DNA of 29,599 bases from an uncultured candidate division Zixibacteria bacterium (GTDB lineage: Bacteria > Zixibacteria > MSB-5A5 > UBA10806). Below the pieces are notes generated by a model. It ran no database searches. It worked only from the letters and a program-made list of their open reading frames with translations, and was not told the origin of the DNA. Within the stretch, counting starts at the first letter, position 1; the number at the start of each line of letters is the position of its first letter. Below, one piece after another: positions 21,532 to 29,599 of this stretch. Both the position numbers and the translations under genes were made by a program. The stretch is from the NCBI GenBank assembly GCA_963801605.1, contig CAWDFP010000010.1, forward strand, positions 1 to 29,599, in the 5' to 3' direction.

Positions 21532-23077
21532 CCGACTCTCCTTATTTATCTGTTCCTTTATAAGATTCCGCTGAACTTTGCCCGATTGCGTCTTAGGTAA
21601 AGATTGCACAAAGCTGACGAATTTCGGTACTTTAAAAGCCGGAAGTTGCCGGCTGCAATGAATCAAGATATCCTTATCGGTGGCCGTATGGCCATCTTTG
21701 AGGACCACGATTGCCTGAATTACCTCGCCCATAATATCATCACGCCGTCCCACAACTGCCGATTCCGCGACCGCCTCGTGCTCGGCTATAACTTCCTCGA
21801 TCTCTTTGGGGCTGATACGATGCGCGGCAGATTTTATCATCTCTGATTGCCGTCCAACGATAAAGATAAAACCTTCGTCATCGGTACGCGCCAGGTCGCC
21901 GGTATGGAGACCATCAGGTCTCAACACCTGCGATGTCTCACCCGGCTGACTCCAATATCCGATCATGATATTGTCACCCTGAGCTACGATCTCGCCCGGA
22001 ACACCGGGAGGACAGACCTTGCCATTTTCATCTCGGACTGTTAAAGTCACTCCGGGAATGGCCTTGCCGATTGAACCGAGTTTATCCATCAGTCGTTCCG
22101 GCTCCAAATATGAAAGTCGGGCTGAGGCCTCTGTCTGACCATACATGACATATAGCTTTACATGCGGAACGGCTTCCATCAATTTGGCGGTTAGCGCGGG
22201 TGCCATGGGGCCGCCTGCCTGAGTCAGGTACCTGAGATGATCCCAGCGGTAATGAGTGAAGTTCGATCTATGCATCAGCATCGCAAAAGTGGTTGGGACT
22301 CCCGCAAATCCGGTGACCTTTTCATTTTCCATAATGCCAAGAATGACATTCGGGAAAACAAATCTGGTATCGATAACGAGACAGCCGCCGACTCTGATAT
22401 GCGTGAGAAGCAAAGACAGGCCGTAAGAATAATAGAGCGGCAGGATATCCATTACTTTATCATTCGATGTCAGATGAAGATATTCTACTATGGAATCGGT
22501 GTTGGCTCTGAGATTGCCGTGTGAGAGCATGACACCTTTGGGGACTCCGGTCGTTCCCGAGGTATAAATAATTGTAGCCAGATCGCCGGGTTGTCTCGCA
22601 ACTCCCGGGGAATGCAGCTTTCCCTTCTTTAATAATTTCCTCGAAATTGGCGACCGCTATGTGGCTGATCCCTTCGAGTTGTTCCGGTTCACCATCGATA
22701 ACCATCACGCGCATCTCCTTGAGCTCACCTAAAATGGTCTTTAGATGAGTCATGAGATTTTGACGGACTATAATGCCGGCGGCGGCGCAATCGGATAGCA
22801 CGGAACGCAGAATTCGCGGCGTAGTATCGGTATTAAGACCGACTACGGCTCCTCCTGCTTTAAGGATCGCGAAAAACGAAATGACATAATCAATCGAGGA
22901 CTCGATCAGGATGCCGACTCTGTCGCCCGGCTTGATACCGCCGGCTATGAGGTGATTGGCCAGTTTATTGGCGCTTTCATCGAGCTGCGAATAATTAATT
23001 CTGCGATTTAAATTGACGACCGCGATATTTTCGGGTAGAGCTTTAGCCTGCGATTCTAAAAATTGATGCACTAACAT
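21532..23077 (-). CDS. Class I adenylate-forming (AMP-binding) ligase, similar to exosortase/EPS-locus acyl ligases (frameshift near 22600)
   Basis: IIYTSGTTGVPKGVMLSH, YGQTEA, TGDLA, GR..EMIK, LPKTQSGKV. No in-frame stop before the NadE-like domain. Confidence 0.88.
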
Positions 23078-23086
23078 ATGCGATCC

Positions 23087-23333
23087 TCAGGCTCTCTTTC
23101 TCTCTAAATAGCGGCAAATGTTGTTGATTGAATCGAGGTTTTCCGGAACCAGCTCTTCATCGGCGATTTTGATATTGTACTTTTCCTCGATAAAATCAAC
23201 CAATTCCAATACGCCGGTGGAATCGATGATTCCCGTTATTGTACAGAGAATCTGAATCCTGCAATTCGATGTCATTTCTGGCCATCAAAAAGTTGTTAAA
23301 AATGAATTCTCGAAGTTCGTTTTGAGTTTCCAT
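23087..23333 (-). CDS. Acyl/aminoacyl carrier protein (one frameshift)
   Basis: AGGAG RBS, METQNELREFIFNNFLM..., GIIDSTGVLELV phosphopantetheine-Ser motif, DEELVPENLDS. Confidence 0.9.
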
Positions 23334-23403
23334 CAATTCTCCTATTTATGCAAACTTGCCTTTGACATCGCGAGTTAATGATATTGAAAACGTGAATTTA
23401 CGA

Positions 23404-23420
23404 AGCAAGTGTCGTGCCGA
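23404..23420 (-). promoter_or_regulatory. Sigma54 (-24/-12) promoter for the ACP-ligase-NadE unit
   Basis: Minus strand TCGGCACGACACTTGCT matches TGGCACG-N4-TTGC(A/T) with correct GG-N10-GC spacing, 70 bp upstream of the ACP start. Confidence 0.7.
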
Positions 23421-24148
23421 TCGAATTGTATTTGCTGCTCATTATTCCCTTGATAATCATCTTATAGTGTCCCTAAGATATTATCGTACAAAAACTAAGG
23501 ATATTAATAGATGACCATACTGTCAATAAGTATTTTAGGAATAAAAATCATAATGTGTATCCGCTAAACGTCTGTTACTTTCCTGATAATCATTTATTTT
23601 AAGTGGGTTAGCGAATATACTAATTCGGCGTTTAAATGAGGTTGAGCGGATTAAAAAACCTCGATTTGCAGGCTTATGAATTCGAGCGCAGGTAACTCAG
23701 ACTTTAACATCTTCCAGCAGGGTCCTCTCTAAACGAAAGCTATTGCACATTTTTGCGTAATCCTTTAGTCTTCCCATCGTACTTTATTATCTTCGTCAAC
23801 AAATTATAGATCCAGATTCTTTATCTCGATAGTTACGCCGTAATCGGTAATCATGGATATTTGAAGCAAGCATAGGAACAAGGCAATGCCAGTCTTGGTT
23901 TCCTCATGTTCATGGAAAATGGATTAATTAGTTGAGTCCAGAAGACTTGCCGGCCAAAGGGATTGACAGTGGAGAAAATAGAATATATTAATGAAAATGA
24001 AAAGCGAATTTGGAGAGTCCCCATATCAGATATTCTGGCGGGTATTAGACTTGTATTACAATACATACCGGGCAGGTAATTGCATATTACTTAATCCCAG
24101 CAAGTCTGGAAAAATAACGAGAAATCCAAGTCGATATGAAAAACAGAG

Positions 24149-25189
24149 ATGACTGAAAATATTATTTACCGTCTGGCAGGCGAGCCCGATGCCACCGCAT
24201 GGGATAGTTATATCGATAACCACCCCGCAAGGACTTTCGCTCATCGCTGGGAATGGTCGACCGTACTGGCCAATTCTTTTCAAATTAAGCCGCTTTATAT
24301 AATAGCGATAATAGGCGATAAGATTGTTGGCATCCTGCCATCGACTTTCATGAAAAGCATGATTTTCGGCAAGTATCTGATCTCTCTCCCCTGGCTCGAT
24401 TATGGCGGACCGTTGGCGGATACTCCCGAAATCGCCCTGGGGTTGACCGATTTCGCGATTTCGCTGGCTAAAGAGAACGATTGCCGCTTTGTAGAATTGC
24501 GGGCAGTTCAACTGCAACTGCCCGGCCTGCTCGATAAGAGGCAAAAGTATTCTTTCGTTCTCGATCTCTCTGGCAGCGAAGAGGAAATCTGGAAAGGGAT
24601 CGACAGTAAAGCTAAAAATCAGGTTCGTAAGGCCGAGAAATCCAACCTGACAGTCAGATTCGGCAAAGGCGAATTGCTGGATGAATTTTATAAAATTTTT
24701 GCGTTCAATATGCGTGATCTGGGAACCCCCGTTTGGCCAAAATCGCTATACTCCGAACAATTCAAGCGCTTCGGATATGACACTGAAATGGCAATTGTAA
24801 TGATGGGCGAATTGCCTATCGCGGCCGCCCTGATAATTCATTATCAGAATTATTCAGCGGTTCCGTCAGCTTCCTCCTACTATAAATACAGGAATCTCTG
24901 CCCCAATAATCTCATGTATTGGGAGATCATCAAGCATTGTCATAAGCGAGGCTCAGTCAAATTTGATTTCGGCCGCAGTACCCTTAACGCCGGTACATAT
25001 AATTTTAAAAAGCAGTGGGTGAAAAACCCCGTGGAACAACTCTGGCAGTATAAGCTTCTCACAATCGATGATCTGCCGGAGCTAAACCCATCGAACCCCA
25101 AGTTTAAACTGGCGATCAATATTTGGAAACGCCTGCCGCTGCCAATTGCCAACGCCCTGGGACCTAAGATTGTCACAAAGCTCCCCTGA
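24149..25189 (+). CDS. FemAB-related GNAT-fold protein of the PEP-CTERM/exosortase EPS-locus type
   Basis: Intact 346 aa. WDSYI..HP..TFAHRWEW, ISLPWLDYGG, NMRDLGTP, PNNLMYW, FDFGRST...GTYNFKKQW, LNPSNPKF...WKRLP. Confidence 0.88.
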   Translation: MTENIIYRLAGEPDATAWDSYIDNHPARTFAHRWEWSTVLANSFQIKPLYIIAIIGDKIVGILPSTFMKSMIFGKYLISLPWLDYGGPLADTPEIALGLTDFAISLAKENDCRFVELRAVQLQLPGLLDKRQKYSFVLDLSGSEEEIWKGIDSKAKNQVRKAEKSNLTVRFGKGELLDEFYKIFAFNMRDLGTPVWPKSLYSEQFKRFGYDTEMAIVMMGELPIAAALIIHYQNYSAVPSASSYYKYRNLCPNNLMYWEIIKHCHKRGSVKFDFGRSTLNAGTYNFKKQWVKNPVEQLWQYKLLTIDDLPELNPSNPKFKLAINIWKRLPLPIANALGPKIVTKLP

Positions 25190-25452
25190 GCCTATTCCAG
25201 TTTAATATCGGCAAGCTAAAGCGTGCAAGCAGGCACACTTTCATGAGCATATAATATTATTGATCTGATAGCTTTCATATTCATATAGCGTCCATCAGAA
25301 ATCGAGAATCCATACCTTATCACATATCAGAATCTATAATCACTCAAACAATCACCTATGAATTATGAACTAATGTGGTAATTGATGCAAATTATAATAT
25401 GGTCTTAAAATAAAAAAATCGATGAAGGAAATAGCTCGGGCGAGAGTTAAGA

Positions 25453-28400
25453 CTACCTGATAACCATTAATTTTCCGCTGCTCGAACCGCCGCTAAAGCT
25501 GACATGGTAAAGATATACGCCCGAGGCTACAATGTCGCCATCGTCGTTTTTGGTATCCCAAATCCATTCGCTGGTGGCTCCGACATTATCGACATTTCTG
25601 ACAATGCCTCCGGATACGGTCGCAATAGTCAATTTGGCATCGCTAGGGAGATTGCAGAAAGTCATACCGGCATTGCCATCCTGGGCCCTGAAGGGATTAG
25701 GATAAGCGTGAATATCGATAACTACGCTGAAGCTTAGAGGCGTGGTCCAGGTCTGGTTGTCGGCGCTCGCCCGCCAGAAATAAAGCCCCGGTTTGCCAAC
25801 GGCTCCGGTAATTGCCAATTGACCTGATCATCGGTAGCAGCTACCTCGCCTGATGATTGCGGTGCTCCGAAGAAGCTGTTGTCATCTACCTGGAAATAGA
25901 TCGAGTTTATATCGTGGAGCTCGACGCACGGTAAAAACCGGCCTGTTGGTTTCGACAATATCTCCTTGGGCCGGCGATATGCAATCATCTGCCGACAAAA
26001 TCGATCCGACACCGGTGTAGAGGTTAAAATTAATAATGTCCGACCATACGCTGGTATCGGTGTTGGTGCCGGCGATTGCGCGGCATCTCCAAAAATAGCC
26101 GATATCGGGTAGTATCTGATTGAAAGTCGTCGAGGCCAGGGAATCTGCGAGAAGGCTACCTCGACTCTGGGGGCGACGAATTCGATCGAGGTATCGAGTT
26201 CGAATTGATAGTACAGGGAATAATATGACTCTACCGCCCCGCAGGTTATCACGACCAGGTTGGCCGTCGTGTCCGGCAAAGTCGAGACAGGGAGGCGACG
26301 ATATTCCGGATGCGTAAGAAAATGGGACATTAGACAAAGACGAGGCGTTGGCAGCCTCGTCGTCAGATTTAACTGCCATGTAGTAGATCTCACCCGGAGA
26401 AAGGTCCGAGATGACGAACTCCTGGGTCTGACCGTGACCTACCGGCGCCGGAGTAATGGGAACAACCGTGGCGTCCGCCCAACTGACTTCATCTATAGCA
26501 TTTGGAGAGTAACGAATATCATAATAGCTGACATCATCGACTCCGTCATTATCTGATGGTGCTGTCCACGATAACAATATATCTCCATTGCCGCTTGATG
26601 GAATTGCATTAAGATCCTGAATCGCTGCCGGCGGAATAACATCGCCGTTGGCTTCACGGCCATAAAGCGAGAACTCGGTAATCCATAAGATGGCCGGGTA
26701 GTTGGCGGGTCCCATATTTGCGGGTTGCCAATATCTGATCCTGTTCGTTACAACCGGCGCAAAATCGGTGATGGTCATGCTATCGGCAGCGCTGTTATTG
26801 ACGATGGTTGCATTAACGAAAGCATTGTTTGATGCGTCCCAGTATTGGATGATAAATTGGCGAGAACACATCCATGTAGAGTTGGAACTGTTCCAGGCCC
26901 AGTCAAGTTTGGCTCTCTGAACCACTTTGGGCGTACTGAAATACACTGTGACCCAATGCGCAGACGAGGGGCTTTCATCTGAAGCCCAAGTAGTCGAGGT
27001 TCCGCCGCGGGGATTTATTACACCATCGTTTACAGGCGTTGCAGGATAGCCGGGGTTAGTGCCCGATACCGAATCGGGGACATTCATCGATATGTCATCG
27101 ATATTCAAAGTCCGAAATGTATTATCATTTCCAATAGCTTCATTGCCGGCAGCATCGCGTGACCTGACTCTATAATGGTATAATGTATCCCTCTGCAAGC
27201 TGCTGAGACCCAGACTATGGGTCAACACCAACGTTTGATCTAGATTGGTTATTTGACCGTAGGACGCGGTGAATCCATATTCAACCTGCGATGTCGCCGC
27301 TTCATTGGTCGTCCATGCAATTATGGCGGAACTGCTGGGAGTATTTGTCGTCGCCACCCCCGAGATTGTAGGCGGAGTGGTGTCGGGAACGAGAGTTGTG
27401 ATCGAGTCGATTGCGGAAGTATCGGAAATAGCGCCCAGGTCGGATGCTATTACGCGGAAATAGTATTTTGTCCCCGAGGGGAGCGAAGGTCTTGTTGAAA
27501 GTATAGGGGTCATTTACTCCCGTAACTCTGGTATCTCTAGCCGACAGGTTGGCGACATTAGCTCTAGTGGTACTCCAGTACAGGACCAGGGAATCATATG
27601 GTGCGATACCTCCGGACAGATCATCGATGATTGTCGCGGAATTCTGGCTTGAGCTTTTCGAAATATACTGATATACTCTCGCCGGTCCTCCACCTGTTGG
27701 GTCAATAGCGCCCATAAATATTGGCCATTGTCCGCCGCGGCCGCCAGTTCTGTCCACATGCCGGCGAATTTGAAGTTAGGCGAAAATCATGGTTTGCAGT
27801 GTCGGCGAAAACGGGATTGACGTTGACACTATTTAGGTCGATATTCGCGTTAGTCCGCAACTGCGCCAGCGTGTAACTGGCGCCAACCCAATTAGCAATG
27901 ATACTGGTATTGGTATTTAAATAGCAATTATAATCAGAGTATAAATTGGTATGATTGTTAGCCTCGGTAGTGAGATTGTAATTGACTGCACCTGAACCCG
28001 CGTGGCTATTGATTACCAGATTATTCCAAATGCTGGCATCCCTTACAATATTCTCAGGATAAGTTTTAATTCCCCCGTTACCGCAATTATAGAGAGTATT
28101 GTTATATACTCTGGTAGCGTTATTGTCACCCAGGTTATTTGTTCCCTTCAATGTAATGCCATCCCAGGCGAGATCAAAAATAATGTTTCCATAAACGCTA
28201 TTTTGACTGCACTGGGGGCCTACAGATATCCCGTCGGAGCAATTAAATATGGTATTATTGGAAACAGTACACAGAGTATCGAGCCATTTCATACGGATCG
28301 CAGGGGCACCGGGAGCAATATCAAAAACAACATTGCTGTCTATAGTGCACTCGCGACACCTGTAAACACAGATACCGTCAGTATTGATATCGTATGTTGA

Positions 28401-28620
28401 AGGAGAAAATGGATAGCTATATATGCTATAAGTTGAGCAAGCTTTGACGGTGACATTGTTAGAATTACTATATAATACACCTATCCCAGCACTATTATCA
28501 CCCGCTCTACCTCCGCTATAATATGCTACACAGTTTTTGACAGTGACATTACTTACAGATTCAATTCTAATTCCATGATGATAGGAGTTAGTCGCAATAA
28601 GACCATCTAGCACCACTAGT
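25453..28620 (-). CDS. Large secreted protein, 5'-truncated and frameshifted: parallel beta-helix, FN3-like modules, discoidin/F5-8-like domain, FN3, FlgD/T9SS-type C-terminal domain
   Basis: Beta-helix repeats (VSNNTIFN, VYGNIIFD, VYNNTLYN, IWNNL, SDYN, NPVFAD...DFRL), WTTNEAATSQVEYG...YHYRVRSRDAAGN, LSWTAPSDN...YDIRYS, C-terminal AYPNPF...WDTKNDDG..VASGVYLY...GKLMVIR. Confidence 0.8.
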
Positions 28621-29599
28621 AGACGGTGACGATCGTCCCATCCGGCCGCTGCACCGTGCGCGGATAGCCCAGGTCGTGGCTGCCGCCGTCGTCGCGGAGG
28701 ACGCTCATCCCAGGTAGCCCCTCGTCCGCGCTCAGCCGGGCGCGAATGCCAAAGGGCTGGGCGCGATAGCCGTAGATCAGGCACAGCCGGCCATCCTGAA
28801 GCCGGTCAGCGTCGGCGGATTGCCGCCAGCCGGTATCGGGCACGGGTGGAGGAACGACCAGGTCGCGCCGTCGTCATCCGATGCGTAGAGGTCGATCCAG
28901 TGGCGCACTCGGTTGGGGCGCTCGCAGCAGCGAACAGCGCAGAGGATGCGCGAAGAACTCAGGCGCAGGCTGGCGGGCATGATGGCGAAGCCGGACGGCT
29001 CCGGTCCGATAGGAGACAACAGATCGAAGGTCTTGCCGCCGTCGGTCGTGCGGGCGCAGAAGATGCGGCCTTCTTCGCCGTCCGCTTTGGCTGCGGTCAG
29101 GAAGAGGGTGCACGTGCTCGGACCGGAGACCAGGTAGTCGGTGCGGGCGGCAATCCCGGTGTAGCCGAACATCGGCAGGCTGTACGGGCCTTCCCACGAG
29201 CGGCAGCGATCGTATGACACGTAGAACCAGGAGCGGGAGCCTGCCTTGAGTCCCGTGCGGCCGCACATCAGGGCAAAGTCTGGGTGCGTGAAATCCACGC
29301 CGCCCGGACAGGGCATGGGCGCGTCCTCCAGCCCTCGCTCGATGGCGGCCAGCGTCCACAGCTCGGGCTGCACATGCTCGTCGGCCGACAGGCCGCGGCC
29401 GCCGGGGGTGCGGCAAGGCGTCGGCGCCACCACCCAACTCCGGCCGCCGTCCAGGCTGCGCGCCTGCATGGCGACGAAAGGCCGGCTGCGGTCACGCGCG
29501 TGGAACCCGCCGGCCGGATCGTGGTAACCCACGGTGAAGCCGACGACGATCTCATCGCCCCATGCCCAGATGCCGTAGTTGGCCGGCCAGCCGGCATAG
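28616..29599 (-). CDS. Sialidase-family/BNR Asp-box beta-propeller protein, partial at both ends, high GC
   Basis: YAGWPANYGIW, Asp-boxes SLDGGRSW, SYDRCRSW, TTDGGKTF, SDDDGATW, then GNPP, YGYR, DLGYP. Open at the window end and cut at IVTVY. Confidence 0.8.

Noticed and set aside
23851..24079. Small ORFs in the ACP-femAB intergenic region
   Set aside because: No convincing RBS or recognisable motif on either strand.
27702..28784. 360-aa ORF as a genuine protein
   Set aside because: Its first ~55 residues are an alternative frame of the high-GC sialidase-like gene read across the junction.
28846..29527. Overlapping ORFs in the high-GC tail
   Set aside because: Shadow frames expected in GC-rich DNA. 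Only the Asp-box frame has motifs.

Overview
Bacterial genomic window, probably from an FCB-group organism. The dockerin-like tag at 5231-5490 resembles those I associate with candidate division Zixibacteria (inference from recalled motif style, not a search). Many genes carry single-base frameshifts typical of an unpolished long read, so I rejoined split ORFs. In order: an AT-rich PHP+ABC-ATPase gene (Ppl/TrlF-like, likely anti-phage); an unlisted 45-aa Lys-rich ORF with its own promoter, RBS and hairpin; an FAD/BBE oxidoreductase; a two-gene unit encoding a secreted S74-chaperone trimeric fibre and a small 'GGFW'-dockerin partner; an M19 dipeptidase; an FNR-type reductase; a lipoprotein; an outer-membrane beta-barrel; an M48 peptidase; a TetR-TolC-HlyD-ABC efflux operon with a 41-bp operator; a sigma54-preceded ACP / adenylating ligase / NadE-like unit divergent from a FemAB-like PEP-CTERM-type GNAT; and a large secreted beta-helix/FN3/discoidin protein. 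At about 28620 the sequence switches abruptly to high-GC DNA encoding a sialidase-like protein and both flanking genes are cut, which suggests a chimeric join. The best candidates for uncharacterised systems are the ACP-ligase-NadE-FemAB module and the fibre plus dockerin-partner pair. No rRNA, tRNA, CRISPR array or transposase was recognised.
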